64,000 nt of DNA from Convolutriloba macropyga (Eukaryota), in the NCBI RefSeq assembly GCF_964194025.1, contig NC_134482.1, positions 17,794,001 to 17,858,000 on the forward strand, given 5' to 3'. This document shows, in pieces, positions 48,171-60,300 of the stretch. A model generated the notes under the pieces. That model searched no databases. It was given only the letters and a program-made list of their open reading frames with translations, and was not told the DNA's origin. Positions within the stretch are counted from its first letter, which is position 1, and each line of letters begins with the position of its first letter. The position numbers were made by a program, and so were the translations under genes.

Positions 48171-49299
48171 ATGCAGTCCCAAAATGAAAAATTCATTCAG
48201 CACGAACTCACAAAGCAGGCATTGGGCCTTAATGGGGATTTAAAACTCGGTCTCAGCACAACGCATAATTGCTCAAAGCAAGCCAGCTGTGAAATATCTA
48301 ATTTTGTCAGACACGAAAATCTATTGGACGATGAATTTGATGAAGCCTTCGAATCGACCGAAAAATCTGACCAATCAAAAACAGAGGTTGACTCTCGTGC
48401 CGAATTACAGTCAACAGTACCCACTCCCGTTGTTACAAAAGATATAAATGAAATCAACAGGATTTGGAATGAAAAGCGAAATAAAATTCAAAGCGATCAA
48501 ATTCCCACCAAAACTCCAGAAACAATTGATATTACGTCCATATCAATAACCTCTGAAACTGATAATAAACCTATAATTGTACCATTCAAAGACAGAAATA
48601 GAGCATCAAAAATTGACGCAATTGTCGTGGAATCTTCGAAATTGTTGATAAGCGCAAACGGCGATGCGCCGATTTCGGTCAAAAGCGAAACATCTTTTGG
48701 GCTGCAGAATTCAAGCTCGGTGACCATCGGAGCAACGTCTGAGATTGCGGAATCCCAGAAACTTGATGACTTTGAGAAAACGTCCAGGTTCAATCAAGAA
48801 ATGGAAGATTTGAAATCTATGGCGTTGCCGAAAAAGGAAATCGAACAGGGGCTTAAATTTGACAAGGGAACGGGAACTTACTTGGAAGAAGAAAACACCA
48901 CCACTAAGGAATCAGCTAACGAGAAATTACTCCCAAGTAATTTTTTCAAATTGCCTTACAGTGAACAAAATTTGAAACTTGAAGAGCCTATTGAATTTCA
49001 AGACGATGATGACGTTTTTGAATCGAAAGATCAATCAAGCTCTTCAGATTTTGTTTGTTGCAGTGTTGAACAAATGATGTATCTTTTCACATCTCCAGAG
49101 CTAAATTTTTCACAGATTCAACCGGTTGTTCAAGTGAGCGGCTGGAAGTCTTTGAAGAAAATGTTCAGTGGTCCTCCGAAGCTAAATAAAACTCTGATTA
49201 AAGAACGTGATTCAATATTTGCTCTTGCAAAGATGGAGTTCAATTCTGGGGACGAGTTTCATGTTTCTATGCTGAAAACTGTGTACGCCGCATTTACAA
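48171..49299 (+). CDS. ELMOD3: ELMO domain protein ELMOD3-like (ARF/ARL GAP), exon 1
   Basis: ORF 48153-49304, first ATG at 48171; low-complexity N-terminus, then FSGPPKLNKTLIKERDSIFALAK...HVSMLKTVY; donor ACAA|GTTAGT, phase 1. Confidence 0.82.
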
Positions 49300-50003
49300 G
49301 TTAGTCTATTTTTATCGACTGTTCAATGTATTTAGTTAATATGCTTAGTTCGGATCTACGACCCCAGTCCACCCCTGAACAAAAATCGTTTAAAAACTAA
49401 CCTCAAAAAATGTTGAGTTTTGCTCTGATTATACTTTGGGGATTCTAATAAGTAAGGCAGACCAGAAGTGGGCTCCTTTTACAGCCTTAAGGTATAAAGA
49501 GTTACGGCTACTTGTCTCTGCATGCGAAGTAGGCTCACCTATATCTCTCAGACTAACTGACTCTGTAAAACACTGAAGATAAACTTCAATTATTACGGTG
49601 GTTATAAAGAGTAACACTCGAGTCAGAGGTATACACATCGTGCAACTACTCTAATAGACTGACTACGTTTAACATACAATTATAGAGAAGTAAAAATATT
49701 GATTTCAGATGTTCATAATCTGCAGAGAAATTTTGAAGATGGTGCCTTGATGGAAAAATGGTTGAATATTCAATTGACCGCGTTGATGTTCTGTCAATAT
49801 AGTTGAGCGATACTTGAACCGAGGTTTGATTGTGGCTAAAAGACACGCAACCTTCTGCTAGGAGAAATCGTATTTTCCATGATGATAGGGCACCAGTAAT
49901 TGATTTTTCAGGGGCCTATTTCTTATTATTTCAATAGGGAACTGAAAAATTCGAATTCCCGATTATTTCACGAGTCAAAATAGTCAAAAATTTTTTGTTC
50001 CAG

Positions 50004-50662
50004 ACACCAGGAAATCATGTCCACTTCAAGGCTCTCACTGGTCCGAGGTTGGTTTCCAGGGCAACAATCCCAGTACAGACTTCAGAGCTTGTGGAATGCT
50101 GGGGTTGTTCCAACTGACGTTTTTGGGAATCCAATACGCAGAATTAGCCCAAAATCTCTTCAAATTGTCCCAGCATTCAACTTCAAATTTCCCATTGGCC
50201 GTGTTATCTATCAATCTGACTAAAATATCACTTCAGATTCTGAGAGAGGAAAAGCTGAACAAAATTTGCAACTCGGAAAGGAAAGTTATCGAACCTTTTA
50301 ATGATTTGTTTATTGCAATGTGGAAAATGTTCTTTTCTGTTTGGAAGTCGGAAGATAAAACAATCGGTGATTTTGCGTTCGTTTTGAAAGATATCGAAAC
50401 TGCTGCTGCAAAAGATTCAAAATTTTTTATGTACCGAAACCTTCAGCAATCAGATGTCAGTGACGCGTTCAAACTGAACAAACAGAAAAGGGAGAAATCA
50501 GAAGCAAAATTAACAGAGCATAAGTCAGCAGCAACTTCGAAAAACAAGTATGCTATCGAGGAGAAAAACCAATCAATCGTTCAAGACGAAACAGATCATC
50601 GCAATCATGCAAATGGTTCTGAGATTAATTTTGTCGGCATTGATAGTTTATCACCTAACTGA
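50004..50662 (+). CDS. ELMOD3: ELMOD3-like exon 2 (ELMO/CED-12 domain with GAP motif); total about 595 aa
   Basis: Acceptor TTGTTCCAG|AC, phase 1; CPLQGSHWSEVGFQGNNPSTDFRACGMLGL (WxxxGFQxxxPxTDFR arginine finger), FPLAVLSINLT, LREEKL, KTIGDF. Confidence 0.9.
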
Positions 50663-50696
50663 GGTTTAAACAACTTGCTCTTTGCTATTATTTTGT

Positions 50697-50874
50697 GGAT
50701 CTTTTCCGTAATTGACAAATCCCCCGCACCACCCAATTGCGTTATGCACACCACAGTCGCGTTATGGAACACGGCCATTACATAGTAAATCATTATGTTG
50801 TAAAATATGTACCCGGGTGCCTGGGGTAAAAAATATGTACCCCCTAATTGTGGGGGAACAAACGGAAAAGATCC
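50697..50874. mobile_element. Small MITE with TIR GGATCTTTTCCGT, 35 bp after the ELMOD3 stop
   Basis: GGATCTTTTCCGT (50697-50709) and ACGGAAAAGATCC (50862-50874) form a perfect inverted repeat; imperfect 8 bp flanks TATTTTGT/AATTTTTT. Confidence 0.55.
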
Positions 50875-51764
50875 AATTTTTTATGCTCAGCTTCGCAGCA
50901 TGACCTGGAAGGTTTTTTTCTGTTGCGTTTGGTTGTTTTGCCTTCTCTTTAGTTTAGTTATTTGTATAGTTTGCAATTACGTAGAAGAGGAAAGATGAGG
51001 GTAGTATTAAAAAGGCGCGCTGTACTATATCAAATTATGGTAAAGTTGATGAGACATTTATTTAAATGCATCTGTCAATTGTCGAAGTTCAATAAATTCG
51101 TACTGAAAGTTCAAGGGAAAAATGATTTCAAGGGAATTCAAGGGAAATATTTGGATGCATTTTTTTCATTTCGTCCGCGTGCATGAGTAATTTTTTTTTG
51201 TTTTTATATTTTCCAGTCAATAAAATATAAATCAAGTTTGTAATTATTGTAAAAATTAGATAATAATTTGTTCATTGTACATAATTGTAAATGCGAAATC
51301 AACTGTAATAAAGTTCTTAATTGCGAAGCAAATGAAATGTTGTTGTATGTATTTTTAAACAATTCTCGAGTCAAATTGATAGCCTCCAATTCCAAGTTAA
51401 CTGTTTTTAAAACTCGATCTTTTTTCCCCAGAAAGAATGTTTCAGTCAAAAGTATTCGCAAACGTGGCTGATGAAGTTTTGATAATTTTATTAAAACTAT
51501 AAAGTGTTCATATTTTCTTTACATAGTAAATTGGTTTGTTGTAAAATAGCATGTGTTCTGATGGTGCAAACTTTTAAACCCCTTTATTGAGGAGAGTAAA
51601 CGGAAAAGATCATTTTATTTCTGCACAGCTTCGCAGCATGACCTGCAATTGTTTTGTAGGTTTGGTTATTTTCTCTTCCCTGTAATTTCGTACTTATTTC
51701 TTTTTAATTTTCGCACAGTAATATTTCGTTTTGATAACTGGGGCTTTATTGTCCTTCCCTTGAT

Positions 51765-52282
51765 TTTTACAATTAAAAGAATTTGAATTGTATTGGGGCG
51801 CTGTCTTTTTTAAGAGCTATTCACACATTTTCATGATTTTTGTGGAGTCAAATTGGAGTTGTCATTTTGGTCACGCCGAAACAAGAAATGGAGCAAAAAA
51901 GCGAGTGGTTTTGCGGCCTGAATTTTTTTCGCTCTAATTTTAAAGTAGAGTGAGAAAACGGTGTTTGAACAAAAATTCGCTTTCCCGCTAGCGGTTTGTT
52001 CACATGCGGCAATTTTACGTTGATTTTTACTGTTTTTCCCAATTCATTAATAGCTCATTCTAGGCCTAGTATTTTGTTTGAACCAAATTTCCATTTCTCG
52101 CTATTTGTTTTTTGTTCACATGCGGCATTTTGACACCGTTTTTTTTTGTTTTTTCAACCTAATTTTTAATCTGATTTCTAGAAATGGTTTTCCCATTTCA
52201 CTCATAGTCCGTTATAAGTCGTTTATTGTTTAGTCAATGAAAATTTTTTGAATTGTAAGTCAGGACTTGTCCTGCTATGTTT
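51765..52282 (+). mobile_element. HINE-like element, family 2, short copy
   Basis: 5' TTTTACAATTAAAAGAATTTGAATTGTATTGGGGCGCTGTCTTTTTTAAGA and 3' GAATTGTAAGTCAGGACTTGTCCTGCTATGTTTT match the ends of 16279-17732. Confidence 0.6.
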
Positions 52283-53232
52283 TATTTCGTCTGCGCGATT
52301 TTTGTTACGACCATATGACGTCACTACCACTTCAAATCTGCTTTTTGTTCATTTGTTCATGCAATTTCAACTAGAATGCGCGTGTAACGTCATTTTTGGC
52401 TCTTAGTGGAGCGACTTTTTTGTTCATTCGCGTGATTAATTTTTTGGTCACACTTGACTTACCTCACTCTCAAAATTGACTTCCTTACTTTGACTTTTAT
52501 TTACTCTAATTCAGAGAGATAAGGTCAAATGGGTGTGTGTCACTCTTAATGAAGGTTATTTGAGAGCAGCTAATAGAGGCAGCAAAAACTTGTACAGATT
52601 TTAAATCAAAATATAACATATCAGCCTTCAATGAAAAGACGAATTTTTTTGGTCTGTCTTTTTTACTGTTTTTTTTTGAGACTGCAGATCTTCGAAGCTA
52701 TTGCGGCTATTTTCTGGCAGCTATTTTTGTAGTTTGCATTTACATAAAAATAAAGCCGAGGGAAGTATTGAAAAGGTATACTCTACCATATTCAAACATG
52801 GCAATGTCAAAGGGACATTTGAAATGCATCTTCAATGACAGAATAGTCAATTGTTGAGGTACAATAAAGTCGTACTACTATTTCAAGGAAAACAATTTTT
52901 ACAGCCACTGAAATTTACACTTAAAATTTACAGCCACCGACTCAACGAACTAAAATCAAGTAATGAGATCCCTGTAAAAAGAAATATAGGTGGTTATTTC
53001 ACTTCTCGTCACAACGAACATGAGCGAAACCAAAAACTTCAGAAGAATTAAAAACCGTTTGAAAATAGTTAACTCTAATTATCAATTTACCTGTTAACTT
53101 TTAAATAACATATTGTCGAAGTTAGTCAGTCTTTTTGACGTCTAATTAATTTCAGTTTATCAATGAGGCTAGCTGGTGCTCTTTCAATTATTCTCTGCTC
53201 TTTGTAGAACCTTTAAGAGGCTCAAATATAAA

Positions 53233-53679
53233 ATGAATTTACCCTGTTCGAGTATGACCCACGCCAGAAGTGCAACCATTATCATCGTAGTTCTGAAAGG
53301 AAAACTTGACGATCAGGAAAACTGTTCCGAGTTGACCTCGCTGAACTTCAACGAACCGGAAGCGGATTGCGTGAAAACAGTCAAGATTGGTCGAAGTGAA
53401 AACGCGAGTGATGATTTATTCATAACTATTGCACATGATGCCGTTTCTCAATTGCACTGTCAGCTCAATTTTAGATGTCAAGGTGTGGTTGAAGTCGAAG
53501 ATGCGAGTTTTGAGGTCATCGACAAAAGCAGAAATGGCGTTCTGGTTAGCGGTCAAAGGGTCACGAAAAATGTGCCGTGTTCTGTCAAGTTTGGGGAGAA
53601 AATTTTGATTGCCAAAAGGTCAACAGATGATTGTGTTTGGCTGAAAGTTACGAGAGATGTGCCAGTTCCTTCAACTGAG
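53233..53679 (+). CDS. FHA domain-containing protein, first or early exon (rest not visible)
   Basis: VKIGRS...VSQLHC...VIDKSRNGVLVSG...GEKILI gives the FHA GR, SxxH and NG motifs; GAG|GTAAAA donor at 53679/53680. Confidence 0.8.
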
Positions 53680-53791
53680 GTAAAATGTGTTTTCTGAAAT
53701 TACACTATTGAAAACTGTGATTGAGGCTATTAGCGGTGAACGCAAATTAAACCGACGTAAAAGTAAGCCGAACGTTATGTGAAAGTCATAT

Positions 53792-53814
53792 NNNNNNNNN
53801 NNNNNNNNNNNNNN
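53792..53814. other. Assembly gap (23 N)
   Basis: Run of N. Confidence 1.
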
Positions 53815-53847
53815 CCCAATGCGTGCCCAGTAAGACACCTTACTACT
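53815..53847. mobile_element. Terminus of a second Maverick of the same family, abutting the gap
   Basis: TGCGTGCCCAGTAAGACACCTTACTACT is identical to 41212-41239; followed by CATATC, with CATAT directly before the gap. Confidence 0.85.
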
Positions 53848-54458
53848 CATATCTTTCAGAAATAATTATTGTTGACCGTTACAACCAGGACAGCGTATAG
53901 TATTTGCGATTTATAATGTATTATAGTTCCTCAAAGAAACAAAAATAAGGTCATTTTGAGTGATCAAGTGAATGCAAGCCTCAGTGGATCACTGTCCAAG
54001 GCGATGCCTCTCATCTGCAGTGAGATGTAATCCGGAAATCGTGGCGGAGCCCGCGCACTGGCCGACTTCGGACATTATGATGCGGCTATCTCGAAAATTT
54101 TCAGCTTACTTGTCCTCTTTCTTCAAATTAAACGATTAAACGAAATTGTTTTGAATAACTGGAACACAAATGGTCATATAAGATATAATTCGTTTGGATG
54201 ACTTTGAAGTTTAGAGAATGGTGTTCCATTGAAAAATTTTTGCGCTTTTTAACCTAATATTTGTTGCAGAAAAACAAATTTTGAGGAGTACTGGTTTTTA
54301 TTTCTTCACATTTTTTCAATTTATTTTTCACCATTCCTTTAAAACCTGACAAGCACCATTTTTTCCAGTCACGCAAACAGAAATCTGCGATTTTTGTTTG
54401 CAAGTGTCTCAGGTTTGAATTCAAGTTTTCAGCTCTTCGGTTTCTTGATCAGCTTTTT

Positions 54459-57300
54459 TTGTTCAAGAACCCCCGCTTTACGAAACAAATTTTGATTTCT
54501 GATAGCATGTACAAATCAGTTTGTCAAAATGACATTAGGAATGCGCATATCCATTCATATCATTTAACAACAATTAAAGACCTGAACAACATTGTCAACA
54601 ATAATGCGTCATCGGCTAAAGCAGAATATTTGATAGTTCAGAATGGACATAATTCATTTGCCAGGCGAAGAGGCTGCAAACAGGAAGTTATGCCATATCG
54701 ACTAGCGATTTGCAAATCGCAAAATGTGAAGAATGGTACATTTGGGCGGCAAAGTAACAATGCTAATATTCATAAACTTAAAACTGCGCGTTGAATGACA
54801 TTGAAGATGGATTACCAGGCGAATTCCAAAACACTGACATTAAATTTTTTTTACTACAATTAGGACAAAGCAGATATTTGAATGCTTGGCATTCATCCAA
54901 ACACAAGCGGAACCCAAAAAAGTGTTCAGGATTAACTATATGTCAAGTGCGAGGTATCAGCCTGCTGGGTGCAATGTGTGTCCGTGAGACAAATGAAAAA
55001 GCGATTAAACGTAATGTTATGAATAACGTGAACAGAATTGGTCATATAGGCCATAACGCGCTTCGGTTACTTTAAATTTTAATGAAGGTTTCTCCATAGA
55101 AAATTGTTGGGCTTTTCTACCTAATATTTTTTGCAGAGAAGAAAAGCCTCAACTGTTTTCGGAAAATCCACAGCAACTTCATTTACAGCAATTTTAAAGA
55201 GTCTCAAAAATAAGTTTAAAAAATAATGTGTAGGGTTTGGATTCTTAAATTTTATATACCAACTACTAATTATTTATGTTATCTTATTTTACTTTGTGGT
55301 GACGTCAAACCTAACCCAGTGCTCAATCTTGGGAACATCCAAACAATCAATAGTTACGTGAAATAGTTTGATAACCTAATTCGTATCCTAAGTGTTTTAT
55401 CTCAACATGCAGAGTGTCAATTGCAAACACGAAGAACTCAAGTTTTTTACAACAAGACAAACAAACGTGCTTGATAGTTACCCAAGCTTGGATAAACGAT
55501 AAGATATTACACTGAATTTTTTAATAAATAAGCATCGTTTCATTCATCAAAGTATGTCAAAGTTGACACATTTGTCGAGGGGCGTTGGAGACGTTATATG
55601 GTTACCAAAAACTTTCAAATATAATGCCAGTTGCGATCTCAACTCAATTAACAGAAGTTTTTTGAATGGTTGTTTTGAAGTACAAGAAACATGTAAAGAA
55701 AAACTCCTAATTAACTTTTATTGTTCTAATAAAGTTTGGGTGGATTTTTTCTTGATGAATTGACGTCAGAAATTTCAGGTTTATATTCAGTAACAGTTAA
55801 CATATTATATTGTTCGGAGACTACAATTTAGATTACCTTCAACAAAAAGGAGAACAAGTTTTAACAGAGTTTGATTCCAACAATGGGTTAGATATCGTAA
55901 TCACAAATCAACCACAAATGGAATTGCTGAAACTATAACTCATCACGCTTAACCTCCCAAAAATTATATTTTTTGTGCAATAATATTGGAGCCAATTTTT
56001 GGAAAAGATCATTTTCTCACAATTATTATTTTCGTCTTTGGAACTTGGTAATAAAAAAAAGTATAGTGCAATAGTTTGAGATACCCGAATTTTTTCTAGA
56101 GTTGAATACAATGAAAGATTAGCATCAACAGATTAGAGACAAATGTGTCCATAATACGATGCAAATTTCACATTTCAGTTCTCTCATGTTTGTTCAAAAT
56201 GTATTGAACAGTTTAGCTCTATAAAGATTGAAAATGAAGTCCAAAGGAAATAAAGTGAATATCTTGAGCGCTATTGAAATTTATTGACGAAAAACATCAT
56301 TTGTTTAACGTTTGGAAGAAGAAGGCAAATGTTTCTGCTTATTATACATACACAATCAAAATTGCCATCTGAAATAAATCGTCGACTGACTCTGTTATTT
56401 CATTTACTGAATCAATAAAAAACTTTTAGAAAATGAAACCGTTATTGGTATGTTTTAGATTTAGCAAAAGCTTTAAACTCAATTTCGCACAAAGTTTTGA
56501 AAAAGCAAAGTATGGTTTGGGCAATGAATCGAAAACTATGCTAGGAATAATTTATTCAGATTGGGTGACAATAAACCATGGAGTCCCTAAGGTAGCAGTC
56601 CTTGAGACCCTGATTTTTGTACTGTATATAAACGATTTGTCGGAAACTATGAAGAGCTGAGAATTTTTACAATTCGCAAATGACACGTATTGAATCTCAC
56701 CCGTCACGGATCTGGAACTTCCATCGAAAATTGTTGATGTTTTTTTAAAACATATATTTACATGGAACAGAATATGTTAACACTGAACAGAGATAAAACG
56801 GCAGTAATTGTTTTTCCAAAAGAGTCAGCATCACAGTGAGCAATTCATTTTAATGGTAATATCATGACACCGAAAGTCAGTTGTCGTTATGTCACCTCAA
56901 TGATTGACAACAAATTGTTATTTGACGCAGCGGTAAGCAAAATGTTGACAAAAAATGCATTTTTTAACGATATAAATTTACTTAGTACGACACCTGATAT
57001 CGTTACACGAAAAAAATATACTTTTTAAATCACTAGTACTGTCATCTTTCAATTTTAGAGCAATTTTTTCTCCTATCCTTGCCAACTTCATCACATCAGA
57101 GAATAATTACGCAACTCTTTGAGGTATTAAGGTTTGACATATGCGTAGAAAAGTTTGATAGCGCATAAATTTGATAGAGAAAATTTTATCTCTGGAGCTC
57201 TTCATCGAAAAAACATTTTGTGTGGAGAAATTTTGAGTAGAGAAGTTTTTTTGGATGAAAAGCTATGCAAGGGGAATTTTTTCCCGCTTTTGTCGATTGT
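54459..57300 (+). mobile_element. Decayed non-LTR retrotransposon (CR1/L2 group): SGNH esterase ORF1, 2A-like peptide, APE endonuclease, RT
   Basis: ILISDSM...TIKDL...LIVQNGHN (SGNH blocks); LLCGDVKPNP; FYLNMQS, VTQAWI, FGDYNLD (APE); LDLAKALNSISH, HGVPKVAVLETLIFVLYINDL, QFANDT (RT). Confidence 0.82.
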
Positions 57301-60300
57301 TTATACCCTCAATTTATTTGCCTGTTTATTCTCTGGGGCTATTTAGCTGGCACGGATTGGAGAATGATTGCGCTATAGTTAAAGTGCGACAAGACTAGTG
57401 GTTCAAAAACTGCAATGCTTGCTTGTAACGGTATTAGTGGTCTCACTAAGGGCATTGATCTAATAGCAGTCCCCATTTTTGTCAACGTTTTGTTTTGCTC
57501 TGCGTCATTATTCAATTTGTTGTCAATCAGTAGGTTCAGATAGCGACAACTGACCTTCTGTTTTATAATGTTTACGTTAAAAGTTCTCGTTTTCTATTTT
57601 ATTGAAGCATTACGGAGAAAGCAGTCAAGTGTCCGACAAGACCTCGTTCAAATTTTTGGGAAAATATGAGATGGGGGAAAACTGCCGAACGGTCCATTTT
57701 ATCCAAACAAAATGTGTCAATCTAAGTGGAGTGAGTGATCAATAATCAGAAATTTCACCTACCAATATAATTCCGGAAAGAAAAAACAAAAAAAAACAAT
57801 TTGAAGAATTTAATTAGAGAAATGATCAAAATACACAAACTTGCCCGATAGATAAACAAGTACAGGGTTTTGGAATTTATTTCTACTGTTAATATAAAGA
57901 TTAGCATCAACAGATTAGAGACAAATGTGTCCATAATACGATGAAAATTTCACATTTCAGTTCTCTCAGGTTTGTTCAAAATGTATTGAACAGTTTAGCT
58001 CTATAAAGATTGAAAATGAAGTCCAAAGGAAATAAAGTGAATATCTTGAGCGCTATTGAAATTTATTGACGAAAAACATCATTTGTTTAACGTTTGGAAG
58101 AAGAAGGCAAATGTTTCTGCTTATTATACATACACAATAATCAAAATTGCCATCTGAAATAAATCGTCGACTGACTCTGTTATTTCATTCACTCAATCAA
58201 TAAAAAACTTTTAGAAAATGAAACCGTTATTGGTATGTTTTAGATTTAGCAAAAGCTTTAAACTCAATTTAGCACAATTTTTTGAAAAAGCAAAGTATGG
58301 TTTGGGCAATGAATCGAAAACTATGCTAGGAATAATTTATTCAGATTGGGTGACAATAAACCATGGAGTCCCTAAGGTAGCAGTCCTTGAGACCCTGATC
58401 TTTGTACTGTATATAAACGATTTGTCGGAAACTATGAAGAGCGGAGAATTTTTACAATTCGCAAATGACACGTATTGAATCTCACCCGTCACGGATCTGG
58501 AACTTCCATCGAAAATTGTTGATGTTTTTTTAAAACATATATTTACATTGAACAGAATATGTTAACACTGAACAGAGATAAAACGGCAGTAATTGTTTTT
58601 CCAAAAGAGTCAGCATCACAGTGAGCAATTCATTTTAATGGTAATATCATGACACCGAAAGTCAGTTGTCGTTATGTCACCTCAATGATTGACAACAAAT
58701 TGTTATTTGACGCAGCGCTAAGCAAAATGTTGACAAAAAATGCATTTTTTAACGATATAAATTTACTTAGTACGACACCTGATATCGTTACACGAAAAAA
58801 ATATACTTTTTAAATCACTAGTACTGTCAGATTTCAATTTTAGAGCAATTTTTTCTCCGATCCTTGCCAACTTCATCACATCAGAGAATAATTACGCAAA
58901 TCTTTGAGGTATTAAGGTTTGACATATGCGTAGAAAAGTTTGATAGCGCATAAATTTGATAGAGAAAATTTTATCTCTGGAGCTCTTCATCGAAAAAACA
59001 TTTTGTGTGGAGAAATTTTGAGTAGAGAAGTTTTTTTGGATGAAAAGCTATGCAAGGGAAATTTTTTCCCGCTTTTGTCGAACGTTTATACCCCCAATTT
59101 ATTTGCCTGTTTATTCTCTGGAGCTATTTAGCTGGCACGGATTGGAGAATGATTGCGCTATAGTTAAAGTGCGACAAGACTAGTGGTTCAAAAACTGCAA
59201 TGCTTGCTTGTAACGGTATTAGTGGTCTTACTAAGGGCATTGATCTAATAGCAGTCCCCATTTTTGTCAACGTTTTGTTTTGCTCTGCGTCATTATTCAA
59301 TTTGTTGTCAATCAGTAGGTTCAGATAGCGACAACTGACCTTCTGTTTTATAATGTTTACGTTAAAAGTTCTTGTTTTCTATTTTATTGAAGCATTACGG
59401 AGAAAGCAGTCAAGTGTCCGACAAGACCTCGTTCAAATTTTTGGGAAAATATGAGATGGGGGAAAACTGCCGAACGGTCCATTTTATCCAAACAAAATGT
59501 GTCAATCTAAGTGGAGTGAGTGATCAATAATCAGAAATTTCACCTACCAATATAATTCCGGAAAGAAAAAACAAAAAAAAACAATTTGAAGAATTTAATT
59601 AGAGAAATGATCAAAATACACAAACTTGCCCGATCGATAAACAAGTACAGGGTTTTAGAATTTATTTCTACTGTTAATATAAAGATTAGCATCAACAGAT
59701 TAGAGACAAATGTGTCCATAATACGATGCAAATTTCACATTTCAGTTCTCTCAGGTTTGTTCAAAATGTATTGAATAGTTTAGCTCTATAAAGATTGAAA
59801 ATGAAGTCCAAAGGAAATAAAGTGAATATCGTGAGCGCTATTGAAATTTATTGACGAAAAACATCATTTGTTTAACGTTTGGAAGAAGAAGGCAAATGTT
59901 TCTGCTTATTATACATACACAATAATCAAAATTGCCATCTGAAATAAATCGTCGACTGACTCTGTTATTTCATTTACTGAATCAATAAAAAACTTTTAGA
60001 AAATGAAACCGTTATTGGTATGTTTTAGATTTAGCAAAAGCTTTAAACTCAATTTCGCACAAAGTTTTGAAAAAGCAAAGTATGGTTTGGGCAATGAATC
60101 GAAAACTATGCTAGGAATAATTTATTCAGATTGGGTGACAATAAACCATGGAGTCCCTAAGGTAGCAGTCCTTGAGACCCTGATTTTTGTACTGTATATA
60201 AACGATTTGTCGGAAACTATGAAGAGCGGAGAATTTTTACAATTCGCAAATGACACGTATTGAATCTCACCCGTCACGGATCTGGAACTTCCATCGAAAA

